Shown one piece after another: positions 52,074 through 61,028 of a stretch of DNA of 64,000 nt. Position 1 is the first letter of the stretch, and each line of letters begins with the position of its first letter. The notes beneath the pieces were generated by a model that had not been told where the DNA came from, ran no database searches, and was given only the letters and a program-made list of their open reading frames with translations. The stretch comes from Candidatus Saccharimonadota bacterium (lineage in GTDB: Bacteria > Patescibacteriota > Saccharimonadia > Saccharimonadales > Saccharimonadaceae), in NCBI GenBank assembly GCA_017541245.1, contig JAFXZL010000002.1, forward strand, positions 18,877 through 82,876, read 5' to 3'. Made by a program: the position numbers and the translations under genes.

Positions 52074-53195
52074 ATGGATCTAGATTTAAAGCAGATGATC
52101 GCAATGGTCGACATCATTGCCGAAGAAAAGAACCTACCAAGAGAGACCGTAATTGACGTGATCCAGCAAGCAATTGCTGCCGCATGGCGCAAGGATAATG
52201 GCGATAAAGATATGGATGTTCGTTGTGAGCTCGATTTGAACACCGGCGAGGCTGACATTTACATTCAGCGCGAAGTTATCGAGGATGACGTAGCTTACAA
52301 CCCAGCCACCGAGATTCCAAAAGCTGAAGCAAAAGGCAAAGAAATCGGCGAATTCGTCGAGGAAAAGCATAAAGTTGGCAGCTTTGGCCGCGTAGCATCC
52401 CAGACTGCAAAGCAGGTTGTAATTCAGCGCCTCCGCGAAGCAGAACGCGATGCCGTACTCGCAATGTTCGAAGACAAGATTGGCACTGTCGTAAACGGCA
52501 CAATCGTCCGCGTAGAGCCAAAGATTGTTCGCATTGACCTCGGTAAGGCTACTGGTATTATGCCAAAGTCCGAACAGATTGCCGGCGAATTCTATGCTGT
52601 TGGTTCCCGCGTAAAGGTTTTCATTAAAGAGATTGAACGCAACGAACGCGGCGCACAGCTTATTCTTAGCCGTGGTTGCCCACAGTTTATCGAGTATCTT
52701 TTCCGCCAGGAAGTTCCAGAAATCGAAAACGGCTCCGTCGAAATCAAGGCTATCGCCCGCGAAGCTGGCCGCCGCACCAAGATTGCAGTTGCCGCTACGA
52801 TGCCAGGCATCGACCCAGTTGGTACCTTTGTTGGTGGCCGCGGTGTTCGCGTCCAGGCTGTCATGAACGAAATCGGTGACCGCGAGAAAATCGATATCGT
52901 TAACTGGAGCGACAATATCTCTGAGTATATCCGCGAAGCCCTTAGCCCAGCCGAGATTCAAACCGTAGAAATCAAGGACAAGCACGCTACGGTTTATGTA
53001 GCCAAGGATCAGCAGTCAATTGCAATTGGCCGCGTTGGTCAGAACGTACGCCTAGCTTCTGACTTGACTGGCTACGAAATCGACGTAGAGGTCGCAAAAG
53101 CACCAGAAAAGAAGAAGAAAAAGAACGTTGAGGATTCCCTCCTCTCCGCTATCGAGGATAGTGAAGAAGACGAAGCCGAGAACGTCGAGGCATAA
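52074..53195 (+). CDS. nusA: transcription termination/antitermination factor NusA
   Basis: NusA N-terminal domain (IIAEEKNLPRETVIDVIQQAIAAAWRK). The S1 region is GTVVNGTIVRVEP...IDLG. KH repeats include IAIGRVGQNVRLAS. Confidence 0.92.
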   Translation: MDLDLKQMIAMVDIIAEEKNLPRETVIDVIQQAIAAAWRKDNGDKDMDVRCELDLNTGEADIYIQREVIEDDVAYNPATEIPKAEAKGKEIGEFVEEKHKVGSFGRVASQTAKQVVIQRLREAERDAVLAMFEDKIGTVVNGTIVRVEPKIVRIDLGKATGIMPKSEQIAGEFYAVGSRVKVFIKEIERNERGAQLILSRGCPQFIEYLFRQEVPEIENGSVEIKAIAREAGRRTKIAVAATMPGIDPVGTFVGGRGVRVQAVMNEIGDREKIDIVNWSDNISEYIREALSPAEIQTVEIKDKHATVYVAKDQQSIAIGRVGQNVRLASDLTGYEIDVEVAKAPEKKKKKNVEDSLLSAIEDSEEDEAENVEA

Positions 53196-53202
53196 AAACA
53201 TC

Positions 53203-53234
53203 AAAAAGACCCCCTCTAGCGGGGGTCTTTTTTT
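53203..53234. terminator. bidirectional intrinsic terminator
   Basis: AGACCCCC-tctagc-GGGGGTCT, flanked by AAAAA and TTTTTTT. It lies between convergent nusA and the 89-aa gene. Confidence 0.75.
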
Positions 53235-53502
53235 ATTTGTTCGTATTAGTGTTTTGGTTGGCGTTCTTGTTTTTGCACTTTACCGGGACCTTGACGCCAG
53301 CGCGACGCATAGCCTGTTGGGCCTGCTCGTCGCCACAGTTATCAGGTGATTCCTCTTCGCTAGTATTAATCGTAAGGGTGTCGCCATCGACATGCTTCAT
53401 GATGCCTTTAGCTAGCGCGCCTATCATGCCTACCGCAAGAAGAATGAAAACAATCAATAATACCTTACCGGCGCCGCTTTTTGCTCTCTCATGCGAATCC
53501 AT
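53233..53502 (-). CDS. small membrane protein (89 aa)
   Basis: One TM (VLLIVFILLAVGMIGALA) and a K/N-rich tail. TGCAATAAT lies 6 nt upstream of the ATG. Confidence 0.5.
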   Translation of the reverse strand: MDSHERAKSGAGKVLLIVFILLAVGMIGALAKGIMKHVDGDTLTINTSEEESPDNCGDEQAQQAMRRAGVKVPVKCKNKNANQNTNTNK

Positions 53503-53543
53503 ATTTTTATTATTGCACCAACATTCAAAACGTTCAAGCTTAC

Positions 53544-53572
53544 TTGACTTTCTGTGGTGTTTGTGCTATAAT
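53544..53572 (+). promoter_or_regulatory. sigma70-type promoter of cassette F
   Basis: TTGACT (53544-53549), a 17-nt spacer, then TGTGCTATAAT (-10 at 53567-53572). Confidence 0.65.
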
Positions 53573-53626
53573 TCTTGACTGTATCGCTCCATTGGAAGCG
53601 AATAAGAACATTGGGAGGCGAATAAC

Positions 53627-54124
53627 ATGCGTAAACTCATCGACTTCATCTGCGGCACCGTTTATCTCGGTCTGGTCCTCCTTCTTGTACTCGCCCTTGC
53701 ATTCAGTATTCTGTTCGGTATCAACCGCAACAACTCTACTAAGAACGCAGTCCGGGACAACGTCGTAAACGTACTTCAAGATCAAAGAAGCAAAGATGCT
53801 TACAATCTGCTCCGGGACAACGATTGGGACGGGTTCACGAAGCTCTACGGACTTGACCCTACGTACTACACGGTCGGCGACGAAGCCTACGTCTCGCTGG
53901 TTAGCGAAAACATGATGGAAACCATCATTATCCATGCCGGCAAAGCGAGACACAGCCAAGTTGAAGCCTTTGCGGTGCAAGGGTACGGCGAACACTGGGA
54001 AACCTTCAACATCGACGAGGGCTGCTCCCTGAGCGTGACCATCCTCGGAAAGACCGTGAACTTTACGCCCACCGGCGCAGCAACGCTGTGCCAGATTCTT
54101 TCTCGGCTGATGCCAGCCGAATAA
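53627..54124 (+). CDS. membrane-anchored hypothetical protein (cassette F)
   Basis: GGGAGG lies 8 nt before the ATG. The N-terminal TM is GTVYLGLVLLLVLALAFSILFGI. Codons are mostly C/G-ending. No family recognised. Confidence 0.6.
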   Translation: MRKLIDFICGTVYLGLVLLLVLALAFSILFGINRNNSTKNAVRDNVVNVLQDQRSKDAYNLLRDNDWDGFTKLYGLDPTYYTVGDEAYVSLVSENMMETIIIHAGKARHSQVEAFAVQGYGEHWETFNIDEGCSLSVTILGKTVNFTPTGAATLCQILSRLMPAE

Positions 54125-54149
54125 GCAACCACCTCTTCCTTTTTCCAAA

Positions 54150-54173
54150 GGCGCCCTATGCGGCGTCTTTTTC
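54150..54173 (+). terminator. intrinsic terminator of cassette F
   Basis: GGCGCC-ctatgc-GGCGTC followed by TTTTT. It overlaps the last codons of the convergent DUF2130 gene. Confidence 0.6.
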
Positions 54174-55358
54174 TAGCTCTGCGAACTTTGCTGCCATAGT
54201 CGGATTGCCGCGAGTAAGACGCTTAATGGTGAGATCTTCGGCTTTATTATTAGCGAGACGCAAGTTGTTCTCACTTGAGAGGAGCGCTTCCTTGGTCTTT
54301 TGAAGATGGGCGATTGTCTTATCAATTTCTTCTATAGCGGTGGAGAATTTGCGGCTAGCCAGCTCGTAATTGCGCGCAAATGACTGCTTAAAGTTTTCCA
54401 TGTTCTCTTCAAAATGCGTAATGTCGATGTTTTGGTTACGAATGATTGCGAGCTCTTCCTTATACTTCATGGAGTTTAGGGCGGCATTGCGTAGGAGCGT
54501 AATCATCGGAATGAAGAACTGCGGACGAATAACGTACATCTTGTCGTACTTATAGCTAACGTCAACGATGCCGGTGTTATACAGCTCGGAATCTGCCTCG
54601 AGGAGTGAAACCAGCACGGCGTATTCGCATTTTTTCTCTTTACGATCCTTATCTAGCTCTTTGAAGAAATCTTCATTTTTGTGCTTTGTGGCGGTAGCTT
54701 CGTTCTCATTCTTCATCTCAAACATGATAGAGATGATTTCGTTGCCGTTTTCGTCGTCTTCGCGGTAAATAAAGTCACCCTTGCTGCCAGTACGAGCATC
54801 ATTATCTTTTTCGAAATATGCATTTTTGAAAGCAGTGGCACGAAGGCGATTGAATTCGGTCTGGCAATGCTGCTCGAGCGTTTCGCCAACCATCTTTGTA
54901 CTAAGCTTGGATTTGAGATCTTTGAGGCGCTCGATTTCTTCATCTTTGAGCTTGATGGCGCCTTCATACTGGGTCTTTAGGGCGGCTTCGCGGAGCTTTA
55001 CCTGACTCTTAAGCGATTCTTCACGGAGTTTTGCTTCGGAATTCTTGGACTTTAGGTCGGACTTTACGGATTCAAGCTCTTTCTCGACGGGAGCGAGCGC
55101 ACGTGTGACGGCGAGCTCTTTATCTGTATCTGCTTGTTTTAGTTTAGCCTTGAGCTCAGAGATTTCTTTTGCCTGCTCGTTTTTTGCTTTCTCGACGGCG
55201 AGCTCCTTGGCGGAATTAGCCCTATCTAGTGCCTCCTTGATACGCTTCTCTACTTCATCTTCAAATTCATGCGTACGTACCTGGTTAAGGATGTCTGCAT
55301 AGCTGGAGTCGTCTACCTTAAAGGTGGTACCGCATTTTGGACATTTTATTTCTGACAT
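54156..55358 (-). CDS. DUF2130 protein with an N-terminal zinc ribbon and long coiled coil
   Basis: [28 protein letters not shown] start is typical of DUF2130. The middle is E/K-rich coiled coil and the C-terminal domain is conserved-looking. The start at 55358 has TATAAT 6 nt upstream. Confidence 0.8.
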   Translation of the reverse strand: MSEIKCPKCGTTFKVDDSSYADILNQVRTHEFEDEVEKRIKEALDRANSAKELAVEKAKNEQAKEISELKAKLKQADTDKELAVTRALAPVEKELESVKSDLKSKNSEAKLREESLKSQVKLREAALKTQYEGAIKLKDEEIERLKDLKSKLSTKMVGETLEQHCQTEFNRLRATAFKNAYFEKDNDARTGSKGDFIYREDDENGNEIISIMFEMKNENEATATKHKNEDFFKELDKDRKEKKCEYAVLVSLLEADSELYNTGIVDVSYKYDKMYVIRPQFFIPMITLLRNAALNSMKYKEELAIIRNQNIDITHFEENMENFKQSFARNYELASRKFSTAIEEIDKTIAHLQKTKEALLSSENNLRLANNKAEDLTIKRLTRGNPTMAAKFAELEKDAA

Positions 55359-55385
55359 ACTTTTATTATACACTAGGGGTAGATA

Positions 55386-55414
55386 TTGACATTTTATAGC
55401 GTTTGTGCTATAAT
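55386..55414 (+). promoter_or_regulatory. sigma70-type promoter of cassette G
   Basis: TTGACATTTTATAGCGTTTGTGCTATAAT, with a 17-nt spacer. Confidence 0.65.
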
Positions 55415-55486
55415 AAGGTTTATAGGCATTAAAACCTAGGCTCATTCCGAGAAGAAGGTTTTAGACCATAGAAGGGAGGGGATTAT

Positions 55487-55864
55487 ATGGCAAGAAAACC
55501 TAGTGGCAACAACAGCCACAGCTACGCTGACTATGATCCGAGTTTCGCGCAGAGAATGCGCGAGGAATGGAGAGAAAAGAATCCGTATTACCGCGGGATG
55601 GAGGCACGTACCATTCATGAAAACCTGTGGAGCAAGACTCCCAGTTTCTTCTGGATTGGATTTATCGGTCTCATCGCGTGGATCGCTTCACTGCTTCTGA
55701 AGCTGATGATTCCCGCAAAGTGGAAAGTCATTACTTGGCTCATTGGCGCCATTGGCACCGTGGGCAAGTGGGCGTTCTTCATCGGCGCAGGCATCATCGT
55801 TCTACTATTCCTTGTAGGACTCGCGTTCAAGATCGGCGACTGGCTGAAAAATGCCAGGTGGTAA
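55487..55864 (+). CDS. small membrane protein (cassette G, 125 aa)
   Basis: GGGAGGGG SD. The N-terminal half is hydrophilic and two to three TM segments follow (FFWIGFIGLIAWIASLLL, VITWLIGAIG, FFIGAGIIVLLFLVGLAF). No family recognised. Confidence 0.6.
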   Translation: MARKPSGNNSHSYADYDPSFAQRMREEWREKNPYYRGMEARTIHENLWSKTPSFFWIGFIGLIAWIASLLLKLMIPAKWKVITWLIGAIGTVGKWAFFIGAGIIVLLFLVGLAFKIGDWLKNARW

Positions 55865-55883
55865 GTGGCGTTGCCACATCACA

Positions 55884-55913
55884 ATGGGTCTCCCTCCGGG
55901 GAGGCCCATTTTC
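55884..55913 (+). terminator. intrinsic terminator of cassette G
   Basis: ATGGGTCTCCC-tccg-GGGAGGCCCAT, an 11-bp stem with one G-U pair, followed by TTTTC. It abuts the stop of the convergent ATPase gene. Confidence 0.7.
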
Positions 55914-58546
55914 TATTGCTTGGATTTCGCAATAGAGTTTGCGATGAGTTTATAAATTTCCATTATGACTAGGATAATAAGCGCGATGCCGAATAGGCCA
56001 AGCATCTGGAGCGCCGGAATCGAAACGGTCTGGAGTAGATTGGATAGGAATGGTACTTCCATAACGATAATCTGCAGTAGTAGAGTACCAAGGATACCAA
56101 AGAGCATGATTGGATTGCGGCGAATCGGCACGCTAAAGGCGGAGCGACGTTCGCTGCGGCAGTTGAATACGTGTACGTTCTGGATGAATACCATCAAACA
56201 CATTGTGTAGCCACGAGCAACCTCGATGTCCATCTTGAGAATATTGCAGAAGAACCAGTATGCCGCAAAGGCCACGCTTGCGATAATTGCACCAGATACG
56301 ATGATTTCGCGTAAGAGTGATTTGTCGAAGATTGACTCTTTTGGATCGCGTGGTTTTTCCTGCAAGATGCCCTTCTCTGCTTTCTCGAAAGACATCGCAA
56401 AGTCCTGGATGCCGTCTGTCACGACATTAAGCCAGAGGAGCTGAACCGCTACGAGTGGCATAGGCATATCCATAGCAATAGCAAGACAGAAGAATGCAGC
56501 CTCCGCTAAACCGCAGGAAATGAGGAAGAAAATAATCTTGCGAATATTGGAATAGGCGACACGCCCCTCTTTGACGCCTGCGACGATAGACTTGAAGTTG
56601 TCGTCAACGATAATCATATCGGCAGTTTCGCGCGCAATATCCGTACCGGACCCCATTGCTACGCCGATATTGGCCGCCTTAAGCGCTGGGGCATCATTTA
56701 CGCCATCGCCAGTTACAGCAACGAATTCACCTTGACGCTTCAATGAATTTACAATATTGAGCTTCTGAATTGGCGTAACGCGTGCAAATACGAGCTTACT
56801 GGAAACGAATTTGTCGAAGTGAGCCTTACCCTCTTTGAAGGCTACGTCGACGTCGTTGCCGGTTGCTACCTGATCATAATTCTCGACAAGCTTTAAATCT
56901 TTTGCAATCGAAAAAGCGGTGAGCGGATGGTCTCCGGTGATCATCATAACCTTAATGCCAGCCTCATGGCATTCACGGATGGAGGCAACGGCCTCTTTGC
57001 GGATTGGATCAATGAAACCTACCATACCAGCAAAGTCGAGCTTCTTGATATCTTTTTCGTTATATTCTTCTTTGCGTGGAACTTTACCGTTTGCGAGCGC
57101 AATCACACGATAGCCATCGCGAGCAAGGTTTTCATTCTGCTGGTCCAATTTCCTGAAATCTTTGGCCGAGTCGTTCGTGAAACGAATTGTGGAACAGAAA
57201 CTCCTGACAACTTCGAGTGAGCCTTTGACCGTACAATACGTCTCGCCATTTTTCTCATAAAAGACTGCGGAATATTTGTTCTCGGATTCGTATGGAATCA
57301 TATGTAGAACTTTGACGTTGTTCGTTTTGACGCCAAGCTTCTTTGCTAAGACGAGGAATGCGATATCGATAGAGTCGCCAGTTGGTTCGTGATCGATGTT
57401 TGCCTCGTTATTGAGTGCGCCATAAAAGCCAATTTCTTCAGCATTTTGCAGTGTCGCACCAGTAACTTTGCCCTTAGTATCGAAACCCGTACCAGAAACT
57501 TGATAATCCTGACCGTTCGGCAAAAGGATAATCTTTGCAGTCTGCTGGTTTACGGTGAGAGTGCCGGTTTTATCTGAAGCAATTACCGTACAGCTACCAA
57601 GAGATTCGGCGGCTTTGAGCTTGCGTACAATAACATTCTTCTTTGCCATGCGGTTTGACGCAATCGTGAGCGCCATCGTCAAAGCCAAAGGCAAACCCTC
57701 TGGCATGGCGGAAACCGCAAAAGCGATTACCGTCACAAAGATTTCATTATATGGGACTTGTTTGACGATAAGAAGAATCGCAATAAGTGCAGCAACAGAC
57801 AAGACGAGAATGCTGATTTGTTTCGAAAGTTTTTCGACGCGAATTGTGAGTGGAGACTTCTCTTCCTCGGTATTCGCGAGACTGTCGGCAATTTTACCAA
57901 GCTCAGTATCGAGAGCGATTCCTGTTACGATTGCATGGGCGCGACCAGATACGACCGTAGTGCCAGAAAATACCATATTTGATTGGTCGTTTATGGCGAC
58001 CTTCTCTTTTTGGACTACATCTGGCGTTTTTGCTACCTGGACACTTTCACCAGTCAAAATAGACTCGTCTACGGTGAAGTTTTGCGTATCAATAAGACGC
58101 ATATCGGCTGTTATTTTGTCGCCAGATTCTAGGGCAACAACATCGCCAATAGTCAAATTCTCAGCATCAATGTCATGAATCTGACCATCACGAAAGACTT
58201 TGGCTTTTACCGTCACAAGACTCGCGAGCGCTTCGGCTGTGTTATTGGCTTTATTCTCTTGATATGTGCCCATAATGGCATCGACAAGAATAATAGCGGC
58301 AATCACCAAGGCATCGACCACCTCGCCCACGACAGCGGATGCAACGATTGCAGCAACGAGCAGTAACACCATCGGGTCGATAAACTCACGGATGAAGATT
58401 TTAAGAATACTATCTTTTTTCTTCTTTGGCAGAATATTTTTACCATATTTCGCCTGGCGATCGGACGCCTCTTTTGAGCTTAGACCATGTTCGCTGGATT
58501 TTAGCTCGGAAAATATATCCGCTGTTGTCTTGTTATAGAAAGCCAT
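55913..58546 (-). CDS. P-type cation-transporting ATPase (P2, Ca2+-ATPase-like)
   Basis: Motifs are DKTGTLT, TGDHPLTA and TGDGVNDAPALKAANIGVAMG, with 10-TM-type topology. The start is taken at MAFYNKTTADIF (58546). The longer ORF to 58699 runs into the divergent gene. Confidence 0.9.
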   Translation of the reverse strand: MAFYNKTTADIFSELKSSEHGLSSKEASDRQAKYGKNILPKKKKDSILKIFIREFIDPMVLLLVAAIVASAVVGEVVDALVIAAIILVDAIMGTYQENKANNTAEALASLVTVKAKVFRDGQIHDIDAENLTIGDVVALESGDKITADMRLIDTQNFTVDESILTGESVQVAKTPDVVQKEKVAINDQSNMVFSGTTVVSGRAHAIVTGIALDTELGKIADSLANTEEEKSPLTIRVEKLSKQISILVLSVAALIAILLIVKQVPYNEIFVTVIAFAVSAMPEGLPLALTMALTIASNRMAKKNVIVRKLKAAESLGSCTVIASDKTGTLTVNQQTAKIILLPNGQDYQVSGTGFDTKGKVTGATLQNAEEIGFYGALNNEANIDHEPTGDSIDIAFLVLAKKLGVKTNNVKVLHMIPYESENKYSAVFYEKNGETYCTVKGSLEVVRSFCSTIRFTNDSAKDFRKLDQQNENLARDGYRVIALANGKVPRKEEYNEKDIKKLDFAGMVGFIDPIRKEAVASIRECHEAGIKVMMITGDHPLTAFSIAKDLKLVENYDQVATGNDVDVAFKEGKAHFDKFVSSKLVFARVTPIQKLNIVNSLKRQGEFVAVTGDGVNDAPALKAANIGVAMGSGTDIARETADMIIVDDNFKSIVAGVKEGRVAYSNIRKIIFFLISCGLAEAAFFCLAIAMDMPMPLVAVQLLWLNVVTDGIQDFAMSFEKAEKGILQEKPRDPKESIFDKSLLREIIVSGAIIASVAFAAYWFFCNILKMDIEVARGYTMCLMVFIQNVHVFNCRSERRSAFSVPIRRNPIMLFGILGTLLLQIIVMEVPFLSNLLQTVSIPALQMLGLFGIALIILVIMEIYKLIANSIAKSKQ

Positions 58547-58574
58547 AATAGTTTTATTATATAATATTAAGGTA

Positions 58575-61016
58575 ATGGATAACGAAAATATAGATAAGCA
58601 TTTTTTGAAGGTAGACCCAGAGGTAGGTCTCTCAAAAGAACAAGTTCGCTCAATGAAACATTTGGGCTTCGTTAACCGTGATGTAAAACCACCGAGCAAA
58701 ACCGTAAAAGAAATTGTTTATAGCAACGTTTTTACCTACTTTAACTTCGTATTCTTAATCTTGGCGATTATTCTTATTTCCGTACGATCTTGGCGTGATA
58801 TTACGTTTTTGCCCGTCATTATCGCCAATACATTGATTGGTATTCTTCAAGAGGTTCGCGCCAAAGCCGTGCTCGATGAGCTCACGATTCTTAATGCGCC
58901 AACCGCCAAGGTAATCCGTGATGGCGTCGAACATACAATCGTAGCCGAAAAACTCGTCAAAAACGATGTAGTAGTTTTCCGCGCAGGCGACCAGATTCCA
59001 GCTGACGCAGTCGTATTAACGGGCGAAGTCGCAGCAAACGAGTCCCTGCTAACTGGTGAAGCGATCGAAGTTCACAAAACCGAAGGCTCGGAGTTGATGT
59101 CTGGTAGCTTTATTATTTCTGGAGAATGCCGCGCGCAGCTCACAAAAGTTGGCGAAGATTCTTATATATCACAGCTCACCCTTGAGGCGAAAAAGCTCAA
59201 GACAAAGGAGCAGTCAGAAATTATTCGCTCATTAAACACCATCGTCACGATTGCTGGTATCATTATTATTCCAGTTGGCGCCACATTATTCTGCCAAAGT
59301 TACTTTGGTAGCGACCTCCCAATTAAAGAATCCGTGCAGAGCGCAGTCGCATCGATTATTGGCATGATTCCAGAAGGCCTATTCCTGCTTTCGTCTATTG
59401 CTCTCGCAGTAAGCTCGATGCGCCTTGCCAAGAATAAGGTGCTTCTTCATAACATGAAAAGTATCGAGACACTGGCGCGCGTAAACGTATTGTGTGTCGA
59501 CAAGACCGGTACCATCACCGAAAATACAATGGCAGTTCATGATTATATGCCAGCCAAGGGCGGCGAAAAAATCAAGAAAGATGCCCTGGAGGAAATTCTC
59601 AGCGACTTCTGTCGCGCTCAAGCTGCCGACAATGCAACAATGACGGCGCTTAAAAATTACTTTGTAAAAATCACCGACCGCGACGTCGAGTCTGTATCTG
59701 CATTCTCATCCGAATTCAAATATAGTGGCGTCAATTTTGAAGACGGCGAAACCTTTATTCTTGGCGCACCAGAGTTTGTATTACGCGATGACTACGAAAA
59801 GTTCCGCGCACAGATAGAGGAGCAAGGCGAAAAAGGCTATCGCGTACTTGTATTTGGTAAGTATGACGGAAAACTAAGCGGCAAGAAGCTTCGCGAAAAA
59901 GTCAAAGTTTATGGCCTAGTACTACTTTCTAACCCAGTCCGCGAGAGCGCTGCTGAGACTTTCAAATTCTTCGCCGATCAGGGCGTAGAAATCAAGGTCA
60001 TCTCTGGCGATAACCCAGTCACCGTATCTGAGGTCGCAAAGCTGGCAAAGATTAAGGGTGCAGAAAATTACGTAGATGCCTCCACTCTTGATACCGATGA
60101 GCTCATCGCAGATGCCATGCGTAGATACACTGTCTTTGGCCGCGTGACCCCAGAACAAAAGCGCAAATTTGTTAAGGCCCTTCAGGCAGACAAAAAGACC
60201 GTTGCAATGACCGGCGATGGCGTAAACGATGTGTTAGCTCTACGCGACGCAGACTGTTCCGTCGCTATGGCGAGCGGCTCTGATGCTGCAGTACAAGCTG
60301 CGCAGGTTGTCTTACTGGAGTCAGACTTCTCTCGCATGCCTGAGGTCGTAGCCGAAGGACGTCGCGTCGTAAATAACCTAGAACGTTCTGGTAGCTTATT
60401 CCTGGTCAAAAACGTATTCTCAGTCCTTCTCTCCTTAATTGCAATTGCGTTTGCAATTAAGTATCCACTTGTACCAGCTCAGATTTCCCTAATCTCAATG
60501 TTTACGATTGGCATTCCTGGTTTCTTGCTTTCTCAGGCGCCAAATCACGACATTATCAAGGGGCACTTCGTTACCAATATCTTGAAACGCGCCATCCCTG
60601 GCGGCCTCACAGATGTGGTAATGGTAGCTTCAATGGTCTTGCTTGGTTCAATCTTTGATTTGCCGAGCGAAGATGTCTCCACTGCTTGTACTATTATGAT
60701 TGCGGTAGTCGGCATCATCATGGTTGTACGTGCAGCGAAGCCGATTGACTGGTACAAAAAGATTGTCGTCTGGCTCTGCGCTGCAGGCCTATTCCTCTGC
60801 TATGCGTTCTTGCCAGGACTCTTCGATATGACTCGCATGTCGTTCCAGACAATTATTATTGGCGCCGCATTGATCGCATTAACAAAGCCAATCTTCACAA
60901 AGATGGTACAGTTTACGGAATGGATCTGGCTGGTTTGCGAGAAATTCATCTTGGATGCCAAAAAGTATATCCGCGAAAATAAGATTGAATTCGTTAACCC
61001 ATTTGAAAAGGACTAG
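58575..61016 (+). CDS. P-type cation-transporting ATPase (second, divergent copy)
   Basis: Motifs are CVDKTGTITEN, SGDNPVTV and TGDGVNDVLALRDADCSVAMASGSDA. Confidence 0.9.
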   Translation: MDNENIDKHFLKVDPEVGLSKEQVRSMKHLGFVNRDVKPPSKTVKEIVYSNVFTYFNFVFLILAIILISVRSWRDITFLPVIIANTLIGILQEVRAKAVLDELTILNAPTAKVIRDGVEHTIVAEKLVKNDVVVFRAGDQIPADAVVLTGEVAANESLLTGEAIEVHKTEGSELMSGSFIISGECRAQLTKVGEDSYISQLTLEAKKLKTKEQSEIIRSLNTIVTIAGIIIIPVGATLFCQSYFGSDLPIKESVQSAVASIIGMIPEGLFLLSSIALAVSSMRLAKNKVLLHNMKSIETLARVNVLCVDKTGTITENTMAVHDYMPAKGGEKIKKDALEEILSDFCRAQAADNATMTALKNYFVKITDRDVESVSAFSSEFKYSGVNFEDGETFILGAPEFVLRDDYEKFRAQIEEQGEKGYRVLVFGKYDGKLSGKKLREKVKVYGLVLLSNPVRESAAETFKFFADQGVEIKVISGDNPVTVSEVAKLAKIKGAENYVDASTLDTDELIADAMRRYTVFGRVTPEQKRKFVKALQADKKTVAMTGDGVNDVLALRDADCSVAMASGSDAAVQAAQVVLLESDFSRMPEVVAEGRRVVNNLERSGSLFLVKNVFSVLLSLIAIAFAIKYPLVPAQISLISMFTIGIPGFLLSQAPNHDIIKGHFVTNILKRAIPGGLTDVVMVASMVLLGSIFDLPSEDVSTACTIMIAVVGIIMVVRAAKPIDWYKKIVVWLCAAGLFLCYAFLPGLFDMTRMSFQTIIIGAALIALTKPIFTKMVQFTEWIWLVCEKFILDAKKYIRENKIEFVNPFEKD

Positions 61017-61028
61017 AGAGCTGTAATC

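Noticed and set aside
52134-52985. 283-aa minus-strand ORF antisense to nusA
   Set aside because: It lies entirely inside a confidently identified nusA. It has no start signals and its composition is that of an antisense shadow ORF.
53540-54148. 202-aa minus-strand ORF antisense to the cassette F gene
   Set aside because: The plus-strand gene has a promoter, a GGGAGG SD and a terminator. The minus ORF is Arg/Val/Gly-rich shadow sequence with no signals.
46156-55913. Classical genomic island, prophage or IS explanation for the GC-rich cassettes
   Set aside because: No integrase, transposase, tRNA attachment site, phage structural genes or long terminal repeats are visible. The cassettes are single-gene units separated by native housekeeping genes.
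57555-58178. 207-aa plus-strand ORF antisense to the P-type ATPase
   Set aside because: It is a shadow ORF inside a gene carrying all P-type ATPase signatures.
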